This document shows, one piece after another, positions 37,161 to 50,921 of a DNA stretch of 64,000 nt. A program made the translations under genes and the position numbers. Source of the stretch: Eledone cirrhosa (Eukaryota); contig OZ024750.1 in assembly GCA_964016885.1 (NCBI GenBank), positions 48,980,001-49,044,000 of the forward strand. Direction: 5' to 3'. The notes beneath the pieces are model-generated. The model was not told the DNA's origin. It did no database searches and saw only the letters and a list, made by a program, of their open reading frames with translations. Each line of letters starts with the position of its first letter. Within the stretch, counting starts at the first letter, position 1.

Positions 37161-37269
37161 TTGCATGTTCCTCTATGTTCGGCTCCTCTGGGCAATCATA
37201 AAGAAATTATTATTATCATGGATTTGATATCTCAGTGACTGAGGTTATTTAAATAAGTCTAATGATGGT

Positions 37270-37395
37270 GAAGAAGAAGAAGAAGAAGAAGAAGAAGAAG
37301 AAGAAGAAGAAGAAGAAGAAGAAGAAGAAGAAGAAGAAGAAGAAGAAGAAGAAGAAGAAGAAGAAGAAGAAGAAGAAGAAGAAGAAGAAGAAGAA
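37270..37395. repeat. (GAA)n microsatellite
   Basis: Direct reading. Confidence 0.97.
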
Positions 37396-38169
37396 GGAGG
37401 AGGAGAAGTGGAAGAAGAAGAATGCGGAGGAGGAGGTGGAAAAGAAGAAGAGAAATGAGGTAGACATACACCAGAAAGTGTGTGAGAGAGCGACTTATCG
37501 ACCAAACTGTGGAATACGTTAAATCACACATGCAGTTCAAAGAGAACCGACCAGATATTGTAGCCAAAGTCCACAAAGAAAAGATATACCTTCTACTGGA
37601 GATTGAAATAACCGGAATGCGGATGATGTAACAGTAACAATCTCTATCATAATTGCTGCCCTGTAAATGATAAATAAAACACAGACTGATACGTAACCAT
37701 AAATTTAGGATTTACAAATAGATACAACACAGAGAGTATAAACTGAACACATTGTAATTTCTCTACAATAGTAACAACCCAAAAAACAACATTGCGCATG
37801 CCCACGGCGTATAGAGCTGTGCTCAGTGATGCAGTGACAACCCGCAATAATGATAATAATAATGAGTTCATTTATTGGCCACAAGGGCCGACATATAGGG
37901 GACAATACAAAAGACTGGGACAGTGGGGCCGACATATAGGGGACAATACAAAAGACTGGGACAGTGGGGCTTTACAGAAAAATTGAGTAAACAATATGAA
38001 TAACAATAACAAAGTAACAATAAAGTAACAATAAGATTACAACAAGAAAAAATTCCCCAATAGGGGGATGACCACCCAGGGTTCGCTCAGGTACCCCACC
38101 AATCCTGAGCCACCCGACGCTTCGAGAGCACCCTGGAAGGGCACCCCTCACCTCCTCAAATTTACCTAC

Positions 38170-41100
38170 CTACAGCCGCATGACCAGAGTAGGCCCACTC
38201 TCATGGGCCATTCTCGCCACATTCACCCACCTTTCAGCAAATGTACTGGGAGGCAGCACTTCTCTCTCCACCCTCACCTTCCTTTCCAAGTGAAACTTGA
38301 AAAAGTTGATGAGGGATTGGCCGAAGGGAAAAGAGTCTGTCTTCAGTCCTTTCAACCTCGTCCACCATATAACCTATGTCGCTACTGCCACCAGACAGGA
38401 AAATAGCCTGCCCTTCCTGGCCAAAAGAAGGCGGCGGGTCGATCTTCACTATGGACTCGGCCGATAGCCGGATCCGTTCTACACGCGACAACAGCTGTTC
38501 AACATAACTCCACAAGTCAGTAATTCACGGACACTGGACGAGTGCGTACAGAACGGTTTCGTCGCACTGCGCGCATCACGGGCAGGTCCGTCACACAGCA
38601 CTTCCGTGCCTGTAGAGTTTATCACGAACCAGCAGTGACCCCCGGTAACACTGCCAAGCGAGGGATTTTTGGAAATTATCCATCGTCCCCGGCTCGAAAG
38701 TCCTCCGGTACAGACTGGTTAGTTCGACTTCGTTGACTCCAAGAGCCTCTCCGAGTGCGCCGTCGCACTTGTCCACTAATCCTTTATAGAACACGAGAGT
38801 GGAAGTTCCACTGACCGCATTGCCCGCCTGGTAGAGGGCAGTGAGTGCCTGGCAACATTCCAGTTGCCAGTCACCCAGTCTCGGTCTCTTTTTGACCCAG
38901 GACTGCAGCTCAGTCAAAGAAACGAGCTGCTGAAAGGCCCGTCTGACAAACGGCAACCACACCTGTTCACCGTTTAAGCAGAATATCTGCAGATGCCACA
39001 GCCTCAGCGCGTGCCTGCGCATCATTATCCACGGCATGCCCAGCCCTCCACGTAGAGGGTGATGGCAGCAGATGGACCGCCTCACCAGCGGAACTTGACC
39101 CCTCCACAGGAATTTGAAGAGAAACCTTCCTAGATGGCGAGGCGCGAACGGGGGCAAGGGACGGCGGTCAGACGGTAGTAGATGACGGACGCGATGTACG
39201 CGTTCGCCACCTCCACCCGACCTTTCAGTGATAGCTTCATACTAGCCATTTCTAGGTGAGACTGGCTACCCTGCCCGTCACCTCGTCCCAATTCTTATCC
39301 ACCTGGAGGTCTGGCCCGAACCGAACCCCTAGCAACTTTACTAGTCGGTCCGTCCAGCGCCTAACGACGCTGTTGGACAGCATGGACTTGCCTCTCCAGG
39401 TGCCGAGTGGCAAGCCCACCGACTTTTCTGGGTTAAGTTTTGTTCCAGTCAACCTTTCATATTCCTCCAATAAGTTGCCAACCACCTCGATTTCTGAGGT
39501 GTCCGACACCATCACGGTGATGTCGTCCGCATAAGCCGACACAGCCTTTCCGCTTCCCGGTTCGAGTGGGATGCCCTGCAACAGCTCCAGCTTCCGCAGT
39601 AAAGGCTCGAGAGTCAATACGTACAGAAGGGAGGAGAGAGGGTACCCTTGACGGACCGAACGGGAGACCTGAAACGGTTCCGAGAGGTAGCCATTAATTT
39701 TGCCCATCGAGCAAGTGCCGCTGTGCACTGCTGCGATCCAGCTTCTGAAGACGGGGCCGAAGCCAGCCGCCTTGAGGACAGCCTCCAGGTACTGATAGTC
39801 GACCCTATCGAATGCTTTCTATTGATCTAAATTGATCAGAGCCCCACCGCAGCGAGGTTTACACCCTACCCTCTCTATGATGTATCGCATTAGATGGAGG
39901 TTGTCGTGTATGGAATTGGGGTGTATTGCGCAAGTTTGCGCCTCCCCAAACAGATCCCCGACGACAAGCGCCAACCTCTTAGCTAAAACCCTTGCCAAAA
40001 TCTTAAACTCTGTGTTGAGCAGAGTTATGGGCCAGATATTGTCAAACGTGTCCCTCTTGTTCTCGTCTTTCCTTATCAGCGTCAGTACGCCCCGTCTCAC
40101 TGGGGATACTCCCGTTTTGCTGCCAGTTGCAGTAGAGGGCTTCGAGGAGATTGGAGAACAAGTCTGGCATATTTACGTAAAGCTCGTAGGGCAGACCATC
40201 CAAACCGAGTGACTTGCGCCTCATGCAGCCGACAAGGGCATCCTGAATCTCGGCTGAAGTAATTGGCCTTTCGCAGCACCCAGCGTCAGCCGTCGAGAGT
40301 TGCGGCAAGCCATCGATGTAGGGTGTGAAGTCTGCCACCATCTCTGACCCGACACTTCCTCCGAACAATCGAGCAAAATATTGGCGAAAGGCCTCACACA
40401 TCCGCTTGGAATCGCTCAGCTCGTGTCCCTCTCGGTCCGTCAAAGACCGATCGTGGTTTTATTACCACGCTGCGCCTCTGCCACGTTGGCCCATTGAACA
40501 GCTTTGGTTCCCTCGTTTCTCAGAGCACGCGCCTTAGCTCTGACAATGCAACCTTCGTGTTTCGCATCGACGAAATGTTCTAATGCCATTCTCGCCGCTA
40601 GATCGTCAGTTGCAATGCAACTACCAATAGCCTCGTCTAACTTATCAACCAACTCCCCCTCCTTTCTATTTTTCTCTAACGCTACTTCTTTGCTAAACTC
40701 TATCGACATTACTCTAATCTCTCTTTTGAGAGCTCCCCACAATCTATTGTTGACGACTCCCCCTTTCAACTTTTTCTTAACCAAATTGGTGACCTGGTCC
40801 CTGTAAGCCTTACGTGCCGGAAATGACATGTTTAGCCTCCAGTAAGCAGGTCCTAACCTACGCGTCTTATCTAGGTCGCCCATACAGAACTCAAACTTCT
40901 GATCTGAATAGGCGACTGTTTCAAAACGTGGACAGCTTACACAATTTCTGTCTATTTTCCTTATGATATCCTGTCTATATACGATCTAGATGACCATATG
41001 CGGTTAGCCCAGGTCCACACTGGCGCATTAGGGAAATCTAATCGGTACCTGTCAGAGAGTGGGAACTGGCTGATCAGGTTCTTGAGGCTTTTGCACCTCC

Positions 41101-41552
41101 GCTCCTATCGGATACTCCCACACAGTCCCAGCATGCGTCTAACATGCGGTTCAAGTCCCCCGCTAACAGTAACGGGCGAGATGTGCCCAGAAAGGCTTCC
41201 AGGCGTCTAAAGAAGTCCGGCCGTCCTGTTTAGGAGCATAGACGGCCACCAGTCTAAAGGCACCACCTTCGTTATTGTTCACGTCGAGGGTCCCGGAAGA
41301 TCGACCTTAACTCGAGATCCAGGCCTTTCCTAAGCAGCACTGCCACCCGTCTCGCATTCCCGGCCGGCTAACAGATGCAAAGATCTGATAGTCGTCTAAA
41401 ATGGGGGCTAGTGCGCGCGTGTCGGAAATCCTGGTCTCGCTGACGGCAATTACATCCATTTCTAGAGGTCTGAGGTCATTGAGCAGGTGACCCTGCTTCC
41501 AGGACGATCACAGGCCTCGAACATTTAAACATCCTACTCTTAATACGGCCAT
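38170..41552 (-). pseudogene. ORF2: apurinic-like endonuclease plus reverse transcriptase (frameshifted)
   Basis: MAVLRVGCLNVRGL..VSETR, GLDGLPYE, WPITLLNTEFKILA, LDQ, VRQG, AYADD, LLGV. Confidence 0.9.
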
Positions 41553-41561
41553 GTTGGCAGG

Positions 41562-43097
41562 TCAAAATAGAGAGAGGAAAGGTTTACTTACCTTCCGGGC
41601 TCTAGTGAAGGTCGGGTTGTTCGACCTCCATAGTTTGTGGGGTTTCTTTTCGGACCCCTTTAAAAGTATTGAAGTTGGTTTTACGTACGGGGTTCCAACG
41701 TCCCGAGGATAGCTGTCTCGTATTTCTTTGTATAATTCCATCGACATTCGCACCAGAACCAAATCTTCCGGCACGCGAAATGTGCTCGATTTAAACATGT
41801 CCCCCTTTTTTGGTATATTTTCACTTCCTGCTACGAGGGCCATCATATCCTTGTTAGCCCTCCTGACGAGCACGAAGTTTTGTATCTTTTGTTGGTGTGA
41901 TTTTATTTGTTTGCGTGGCTGTTGTGGTGATGGTTTTGGTAGTGTTGTTTCGGTTGTGTATGTGTTTGTTATGAGTGCGGTGTCTGTGGTTTCAGGTGTT
42001 TGTGTGTATATTTGTTCTTGCGTCTGTTTAGGTTGTTTGCATTTGGGGGATTCTGGTGATGGTGATGGTGGTGTTGATGTTGGTGTTATTGGAGAGATGT
42101 TTGCGTCGGCGGTGTATGCGTTTTTTATTGTGGCTGATTTTGTCCTTTATTGATTTTTTTTTTCTTTTTGTGTTTCCTTTTTTTGTATTTTGGGGGATTT
42201 TGGTTTTCCCTCATCTTCACTTCTGTTAGATGAGGGTTCTGTGTCTGGAAGTGTGTCTGTATGTATGTTTATGGTTTTATTGGTGTGTGTATTTTTTGGG
42301 GGGGGGAGGGAATATTACAGCATTCCTCGTATCCCACTCTATTGGTGTTGTTGATGGTTTTGCCGCTGCTGGTGTTGGTTGTGGCCCTCGCCCCGGCATC
42401 GGCAGCGGCGGAGCCTTTCGACAGCTTGCCTCTTCAGCAGTTGAGAGCAGAAGGCTCGCAAATGGGTTTTTTCCCCACAAACAAAACACTGCGGCCTTTT
42501 GCCTTCGGTCATAATGTGAATGACCGTCCCATTCTGAAGGCGGATGTGCTCCGGTATTGTCTTCACATTCTCGGGCCTGATCTAGAGAAGGATCTCCAGG
42601 TCAACCCCGAACCTGTCCTCTCTGGCCGTTTTGGTCTCTTTTATAGGACGGTATCCGTCCCCTCCACAATCACACATCCCAGAAGCCACCACATGTCAAG
42701 TCCTGGTGGGATTCTGGGAATGCGGAGACGGGCCGTTCTTTTTCCCATGTGGGAGGGGTACATTATGACCTTGCTGGTTTTGCCAGGCGTCATAGCGTGT
42801 TTCATAGCGTGGGATTCTGACTTGATCAACACCGAAATGGTGCCGTACTGTCTGCCCCTCTCTATGTATTCGGTGTCTTCTCTGATGCACCTCAGCGCGA
42901 CTTCGACATCTTCTTGTGGGATAAAAGCTGCCCTTTCGGTTTGTGCTGAGATGCATCTATAATGCACCGTTCTGCACCCCACTGCCTCAATAGCTTCTAC
43001 CCGGACAGTTATGTTGGCCCAGGTTTGCTCTTTCTTGATGAGTTTCCATGCCTGGGCCAACTTTTCATATTTGTTTGAGAGGTCAATGTTGAAGCAT
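41562..43097 (-). pseudogene. ORF1 with CCHC zinc knuckle (disrupted)
   Basis: EGKRPQCFVCGEKTHLRAFC; low-complexity Thr/Pro/Lys linker. Confidence 0.8.
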
Positions 43098-43226
43098 GGC
43101 CTCTTATAAGGGCTTATATCCCTTACACAACAAGAAATATTTCACAACAAATAATTTTAACAGGAAAATAAAGCGACTTACTGGGAGCGAGCAAAATACG
43201 TCAGGTTAGACCAATAATAATAATAG

Positions 43227-43492
43227 GAAGAAGAAGAAGAAGAAGAAGAAGAAGAAGAAGAAGAAGAAGAAGAAGAAGAAGAAGAAGAAGAAGAAGAAGA
43301 AGAAGAAGAAGGGGGGGATGATGAGGAAGAGGAGGTAGTGGAGGAGGAATGGAGGGGATAGGGGAATGGCGAGGAGTAGGGGTGTTGAGAAGGGGTTCGG
43401 GAGGGAATGGGGGGAATGGTGAATAGGAGGGTGAAGAAGAAGAAGAAGAAGAAGAAGAAGAAGAAGAAGAAGAAGAAGAAGAAGAAGAAGAA
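43227..43492. repeat. Two (GAA)n tracts with a purine-rich spacer
   Basis: Direct reading. Confidence 0.95.
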
Positions 43493-43519
43493 TGTTAATA
43501 AACAACTACTTATTTAGTC

Positions 43520-44520
43520 AATTGGAGTTGTATCTGAATTTCCCGGGAAAATATTTTCCCATCCATCAAAATGAAATCGGTAAATCTTTCTAAGCATTGA
43601 ATCAGAAAAGATTGATGTAATTTCTACATGTTTGGCATGAAATTAAATGCCATTGCGTGAATGACGGTGTTCCCTTTTATACAGAAACGTAGAATTTATG
43701 ACTGGAAATGAAATCTAATTGTTGTAAGAATATATGATTATTTGCGCTATAGATACTTCATCATGTGGGAATATTTGTGCACGAATAACATCATATAATA
43801 AGTATGAAATAAGTATGAATCCATGGATCCTGGAATGATCATAACTGTTTGATAACATTTTATATTCATGAGTATACAAATCCTTCACGATAGAAATGCT
43901 CGCTTAATGTTTGTGTCGTTCAAAAGAACTAAGTGAAAGGAAATATGCGCGATCAACTCTGTTGAATTAGGTTTCTCATAAATCCCAATGCAGATGTTTG
44001 TTAAATTGGCAAACATTAGCTATGATGCTATTGAATAGAATAAAGTTTACTTCTATACTTAATCATCCATATCACAATATCCGAATATTCCTAAACTTCA
44101 TCATTCCCTTGATTATTTAATTATATTACCTAAAGGAATATCTAAATCAAACTCAATAACATTTTGAAATCTTTCCAGCACTTTTTCACCAGAGGTTGAT
44201 TTAAGGAATGGCCGTTGCTAATATAATACTCCGAATGTAATGTTTATGAAATTACCGCTTTTACAAACAAAATCGAACAATACAATGCAGTTTGCATGGC
44301 CTACATTTGTAATGTAAATTTGGAAGTAATTATATTTTATAAAGCCAATTCTATTTTCTCTCGAGAATTCAATGCATTTGTGCTGACAAACGAATTTACT
44401 GGATTTCATTCTTCTTATAAATATAAAAGAAATCAAGAAGGAATATGTCTTGAATATTGACATTGCTGGTATTTGTATAAAAATAAAATTATCTAAATCA
44501 AACCAGTTCTATTGAAAAAC
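43520..44520 (-). pseudogene. Possible highly decayed hAT (Charlie/Buster-like) transposase fragment
   Basis: IPAMS..HKCI and SGEKVLERFQ resemble the DGAPAM/HCxxH/RWLSRGKVLERF motifs in the right order. Confidence 0.35.
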
Positions 44521-44667
44521 GCTTCAATATTTCTTCAAGGACCTGACCTTTGATGACAGACTCTCCCTCCCATGCTTATGATTAATTGGGCTGATGTATC
44601 ACTAACATCGCGCACGCACACACACGAACACGCGCACACACACACACACACACACGCACACACACAT

Positions 44668-44723
<56 letters not shown>

Positions 44724-44742
44724 CTTTAAGCAAGTCTATAAT

Positions 44743-44921
44743 AATTGTTTCTACTTTTGGCACAAGGCCAGCAATTATTTCAGTACATTACTGGTACTTT
44801 ATTTTATCGACCCCGTAAGGATGAAAATCAAAGTTAACCTCGACGCGATTTGAACTCAGACCGTAAAGGGACGTAACTATGTTGGAAAGCATGGCCCCCG
44901 ACCCTCTACCGATACTGTCAA
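44743..44921 (-). mobile_element. tRNA-derived SINE
   Basis: Family match. Confidence 0.9.
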
Positions 44922-45209
44922 ACAAGTTAAATTTTAGGGAGTTAACTAGAAGAAAGTTTATGGAAGGAGATTCTGGACTTTGCTTTGATTTCCCGTTAGA
45001 ATTATATGGACACCCATTGTATTTTGGTTTGTTTTAAATTTTTCTACATATTTAATCAATCTTGTTTATTGAACTACAAACTTACGAGGCTAGAAGAAGC
45101 ACAGCTACTCACATATACACGCTCATAGTCGAAGACGTATGAACACACACATACTCACATATGAATACATACATAGTTACATATATACATACACACAATG
45201 CATGAAAGA

Positions 45210-46580
45210 CACACACAAGTATTGCCCCAATGGTTATCAACTGCCACTACTCTCCTAATCCCCCCAAATACCCAAACCCTCTTGCTAATAATTACCGCCC
45301 AGTAGGTTGCCAGAACATCATGTATCAATTATACACTGGGTGCCTTAAACTCTTCTTGCAGGATCGTTGTACAAGAAGAACATTCTAACACCCGAGTAAG
45401 CTGGTGTAAAGGAGAACGCATGGGGCTGCATAGATCAGCTATTATTTAATAAAATTATTCAAGAAAAAACATCAACCAATCGAAGGGGCATGACAGTGGC
45501 GTGGCTGGACTATCAGAAGTCTTGATAGTGTATCTCATGTGGATTATTAAGGATTTAAAATTAGCCAAAGTCCCACAACGACAAGTAGCTCCTGTTGTAT
45601 GCCTCACGAAGAACTGGTACATCACGTTGACCCTTCATGGTGAGAAGGAGCTAATTAAGACTGGTACGATACAGTACCAGAAAGGCATATTTCAGGGTGA
45701 TAACTTTTCCGTACTGTCTTCGTCCTCTCACTAAACCCACTATCATACCTGCTCACAAAACAAAGTTGTCTAGAAATGGATCTAGAAGTATCTCCCATCT
45801 TTTCTTTCTTGATGACCTGAAGTCGCATGGGCCAAATATCAACTATATCAAAAAAACAATTTGATCCCATTAAACATGTTTTCACAGACATCAGAATGAT
45901 GGGCCTTTCTCTGGAGATATAGCGAGCAACGGCTTGCCAATACATGTTCGGACAGGTCACACCTACAGATATCGTGGACAGAATGAGAATATCAGATATA
46001 AAGGACCCATAAATAAGGAAAGAATAACGATTGACTACTTCAGGAGAGTAATGAAAATATGGTTATCAGAGCTCAAAACGTACAAGTACGTTGCCCAGAA
46101 TTATTTTCCTGGGCCAATCCTAACAGCAGCATTTGGCCTGCTGAATGAACTAAGTGAGATTGATGTAAAAGGTCGCAAATTTGTCAGTGTTACTGGAAAC
46201 TTTAACATCAATGGTGATGTGCATAGGCTATATTTCTCATGTAATCCATATTAACATCATGCGAGACCCGAACAGTAACACGGAAGCTACATCTTCAACA
46301 GAAGAAAATGTTCTGCAACCAACTTTCTAGGATCTGTGAGCATGAGGACAATAATAGGATAGCCAGTGATCTGGACGGGATAGCCAGTGACCTGGACGGG
46401 ATAGCCAGTGATCTGAAGGCCTTATAAACCTCTCCGAGAAATATTGTTTCATTTTACAACCTTGCCACCAGAAAGCTGTCCGGTCAAAAATGTACTCGAA
46501 ATAAATGATGGCTGCCCCCCCCCCCACACACACACACACAAACCCCATCATTATCGAGTAAGCCATTGCACGATATATTT
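45210..46580 (+). mobile_element. Decayed R4/Dong-like LINE RT region
   Basis: NYRPVGCQNIMYQLYT, GCIDQLL, WLDYQK, KGIFQGDNFS, FLDDLK. Confidence 0.75.
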
Positions 46581-48344
46581 GTGCACTTAATACATACATA
46601 CATAAGTGATACAAACATCAGCTTGCCGGTTCAATGTGGAAGATATGTATATAAAGATGGTATCAGAGTAAAGGATGACAAAAAATACAAAACAAGGTTT
46701 GTTTCATCTTTTTTCCAGTATAATTAATCACAATATTTCAATGAAAAACCTTTTGTTTTCCAAATGAAAATGAAGAACGATGAGTTTGTCTTCAACGGAT
46801 CTGCTGTTATGAAAGCCACTATCCGCCATGTAGCTTCGGCATATTGTCAATTTGTGGTTTTTGTGAGTTTATAATTCATTAATTAATTAAAGAAATATTA
46901 ATTATAAACACGCAGAAAGCTCTAATGAGTACCTAGCTACATGGAAGTGGTTGGCTTTTATGACTGATGTACACATGCACAATCCGCACACATATCACAA
47001 GAATGATATTTTGAAGTATGACGCAACTTGTTTCGTTTGCATGTGAAACGAATCTGTATATGTTTATATATATATTCTATAATCACTTAACATTCAAGGG
47101 CGTTTAAATGTCATAATTTTTAACACGCCGAAAATCCACATGTATTTTCCAAATCAACTGAAACAATAGGGATTCAGCCCCATCACAAGTCTCAGCACAA
47201 AGAAACCCGTTCTATTAAGCACATGGTCAAATACAATTAAGGGAGATAGCTTGTTCAAAACGTACCCAATGTTGAAACTTGATATTTTCAAAGACTACGT
47301 TTTGTTATAATTAACTAATATACGCATATTTAATTTAATGACTGTTTTCAGACGAAAAACAATTTTTATACTTTTGGTTTATTCACAATATTATTTCTGT
47401 TTCCCCGTTTATGAAATCCTAACAATATAACAGAAATGTCAGTATTTAGTTTATGGCACACTGAGGTACTTAACTAGTTCAGAGTTTAAGCCTGTTCACG
47501 AATATCATATAACGCCTACAACACCTCTAGACCGTGATACTTTCACTACGAAAGCATCTATCAAATTCTATCTGATATGAGAGTAGTTTTTAATAGAGAT
47601 TCTGGACATGGTGCTACATAAATTATTGAAACTATAATGGTATAATGTGACTAAGTAAATACATCATTAGGTTTAGTATATGTCTCCTGTATGTAACCTG
47701 GTTATCACAAACTTTCATTATATATGCAAAGAAATCAAGTGTGACATATATTTTCAACTCCTTAGACGTTACTTCAAAGAGAACACTCAACTATTAAAGC
47801 TAGACTAGAGGCCAATAATAACAAATTTATTGTTATTGATTGATATGAATCTTTCGTAATAGCACTGGAAACAGGTAATAATTCTTCCCGTCTGTAATAT
47901 AAAGTAAAATGTACATGAAATGAAATAAAAAAAAGAATGTCCTGACTCGTTGCCGAATTAAACATGATTAGCGGACCGATCTTCTAATTTTAATGTTGGA
48001 CTTTCAAATGTTTCTAGCAATTTTAGACACAAGGAAGTGGCCTTTTATCTTCAACAGACCAAACGGCAACATATTCGAAGATGAAGAGATAAAGTTATCG
48101 ATATGAAATGCTTGATGCTCTTATAATCTGTGATATACTTCTGAAGTAGTTTAACAGAAAATAACTACTTTAAGAGTTCTGAAAACTTTCTGGTGTATTG
48201 TTGTGACACATAACAATGAAAGAAGTGGCACAATTATGATAATCGCCTTTCTATATCATATTACAATGAACTCTATTTCATACTATAAGCGGTCTAGTAA
48301 CCCTTCATAAAAAAATAAAATTACTTCGATCTCTCCTTCACTAT

Positions 48345-48425
<81 letters not shown>

Positions 48426-48875
48426 TATATAAATATGTACGTATTGCGTACTAAAAAGTGAATTTCTAATAAATCATAAATTTACAGTCATGCCCGAAAA
48501 CAGTCTCACACATACTGCGATGCACACAGGCGGAATATATATACATATATATATATATATGTATGTGTGTATGTGTGTGTATGTGTGTGTTGTGTGAATG
48601 TGAATGTGTGTGTATGTGTTTGTGTGTGTGTATATGCGTGTGTATGCGTAATTTAGTGTGTGTGTTTGTGTGTGTGCGAGTATGTGTGTATGGGTGTATG
48701 TGTATGTTTGTGTGTTTGTTTGTGTTTGTATTTGTGTTTGTGTCTTTGTGTGCGTGTGTGTGTGGGGGGGTGCATGTGTGGGTGTATGTGTGTGTGTGTG
48801 CGTATGTGTGTTTATGTGTGTGTGTGTGTACGTGTGTGTGTGTGTGGGTGTATGTGTGTATGCGTGTGTGTGCGT
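48345..48875. repeat. (TA)n and degenerate (TG)n tracts
   Basis: Direct reading. Confidence 0.9.
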
Positions 48876-49164
48876 TTGATATAGAAAATAGCAATCACTG
48901 ATATTTTGCTGCTGTTTGAACATTTCTATGTCCAGTCATAAGAAAACGTTGTGGTATACAAAAGCATTTTTAATAAGAGGTTGATTTCCATTACAAAAAC
49001 TACTTCAATAACGAACGAATTGTGGAATATACAGAATGGAAATCCATTGATTTCGGCGATGAATGATTTAATTTTTAATTTTAGTCATCGAAACAGTTGC
49101 ACATGAAATTAATGTGGCTTAACATTCCATAGGTACGTGTACCCCTAACATAATGCTTAGTCTA

Positions 49165-49320
49165 TACAATGGGCTTCCAAATAAATTCTGTCGGCACGAT
49201 TTGCTTCACAAGCCTTGGATTCTGTTGAGTTTGTGGTAAATGACAATTGCCCAAGATGTTATTCAGGTAGATCAAACCCCTGACCTAATAAATGAGAAGC
49301 AAACTACTTAATCACTCTAT
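49165..49320 (-). mobile_element. Old tRNA-derived SINE (third family)
   Basis: ttgcccaag..gatcaaaccc..gaagcaaactacttaatcac is a reversed tRNA-like head plus core. Confidence 0.45.
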
Positions 49321-49718
49321 CCTTCTGCATAGACGGGACACATTTACCTGGTGCTACTAGCTAAAAGAGATCGGGAAGAATTCCACATAAATCACATATT
49401 ATAGATTCAAAATTCATAAGAATATCTTGATCAAAGTTTTCCCATATTGAGTACCGTTTGAAAAACGAAAGACGGAGTGCCCATAGATATGTTGATTTAA
49501 TTGAAGGTCTATTCGATGTAGAGTTTAACAAGAAAAGCAGGTTCTAAACTCATTCTTTAAAAATATGGCATAGACAATTTCCGATATTTAAGCGTTGAAG
49601 CTATTAATAATTGGAGTGAAAACATATTTGATAACATCTGATGTAAAATAAAGATATGGTAACAGCACGTAATATAACAGAGACATATTTGAAAGCATAT
49701 ACTACAGCTGTGTATTTA

Positions 49719-50342
49719 TTGCCATAGAGATCCTTATTTGTTGGGTGTTCCCTCCAAGACACGTTTAAAGCAGCACGGATCATACGTGAGTATTCCCCGT
49801 CTAGCTTTTTCTCCAGTTTCGACGTTAGCGTCCAACTGATAGAGTTACATATAAGCACAGATTCCACAGCAGCTCTGAAGAAATTCCTTTTCAGTTTGGC
49901 CGGCAGGTTTGATTTCCATATTGTTTCCATTGCATTCAATGCTCCCCAGGCTTTTCCCATTCTGATGTTAACATCATGTTCTGTGGAGGCGATATAGCTA
50001 CCCAGGTATTTGAAGTCGTCAACTTGCTTGATTATATCGCCGTTTAGACTTCACATACCAACTTCGCATACCACCTATCAGCAGGTCAACACGTGGCAGA
50101 GACTCAGATTTGCTGGCCACTGTTGGCGCATCAAGGAAGAAATAGCTAGTGATGTGTTGTTATGGAGTCCATCTCATGGAGCAAGAAACGCTGCTCGTCC
50201 CAAGAAGACATACGTCAGGCAACTTGAGGACGATACTGGATGCAATGCGGAAGAACTGGCAAACGCTATGAGAGACAGAGATGGATGGAGGAAACGTGTC
50301 GTAGAAAGCCGAGCAAGCTCGACCTAATAATAATGATGATGA
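49719..50342 (+). mobile_element. 5'-inverted, truncated RTE-clade LINE with TSD
   Basis: Minus part IWKSNL..VESVL..WTLT..NVSW..LYGN; plus part RLRFAGHC..RP..W; (TAA/TGA)n tail; TSD tgtgtattta at 49709 and 50343. Confidence 0.88.
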
Positions 50343-50353
50343 TGTGTATTTAA

Positions 50354-50385
50354 CTAGATCACCATGACCCGTTCGGTCAACTTCA
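50354..50385 (-). mobile_element. Possible Helitron 3' terminus
   Basis: Minus strand: gacc-gaacg-ggtc hairpin, 8 nt, CTAG|T. Confidence 0.3.
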
Positions 50386-50462
50386 ATTGAAAATATATTT
50401 TTAAGATCATGTTCACTTAAAAATAATGTTTATATAATTAAAATATACACATATATATATAT

Positions 50463-50630
50463 AATTGTTTCTACTTTTTGACACAAGGCCAGCAATTAAC
50501 CAGTGCATTACTGGTACTTTATTTTATCGACCACATAAGGATGAAAGACAAAGTTAACCTCGGCGGGATTCGAACTCAGAATGGCAAGGGCCGTAACTCT
50601 ACGCGTCAAAGCATAGCGTCCGACCCTCTA
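50463..50630 (-). mobile_element. tRNA-derived SINE
   Basis: Family match. Confidence 0.88.
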
Positions 50631-50882
50631 TATAATGTGAAATGAAACTGGAAGGCCCATATATAAAAAAATACTAACTACGAACAATGCAGTTTGCCAG
50701 ACTCAATTTAAAAGAAAAACCGCATTGTTCAGAGTTAGTATTTTTTTCACCCTAGCGAATCTGCCCCCTAACGATTCGAACACATATATGTATATATCTT
50801 TGTTTATCTCTCTTTTATATTCAATTATATTATATATACATATGTATATATATATATGTGTGTGTGTGTGTACATATATACA

Positions 50883-50921
<39 letters not shown>

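Larger units (their letters stand above)
35460..37640 (+). mobile_element. Decayed R4/Dong-like (RLE) LINE C-terminus, interrupted by other insertions
   Basis: YKY*GV (~35465), CRICECREETITNIISG zinc finger (~36015), NRPDIV endonuclease motif (~37545). Confidence 0.55.
37866..43212 (-). mobile_element. Full-length decayed Tx1/L1-clade LINE
   Basis: 5' UTR, ORF1, APE-RT ORF2, 3' UTR with a 42-bp duplication and AATAAA; (ATT)n on both sides. Confidence 0.9.

Noticed and set aside
42261-42962. 233-aa plus-strand ORF
   Set aside because: Antisense to the Tx1 ORF1, with no independent motif.
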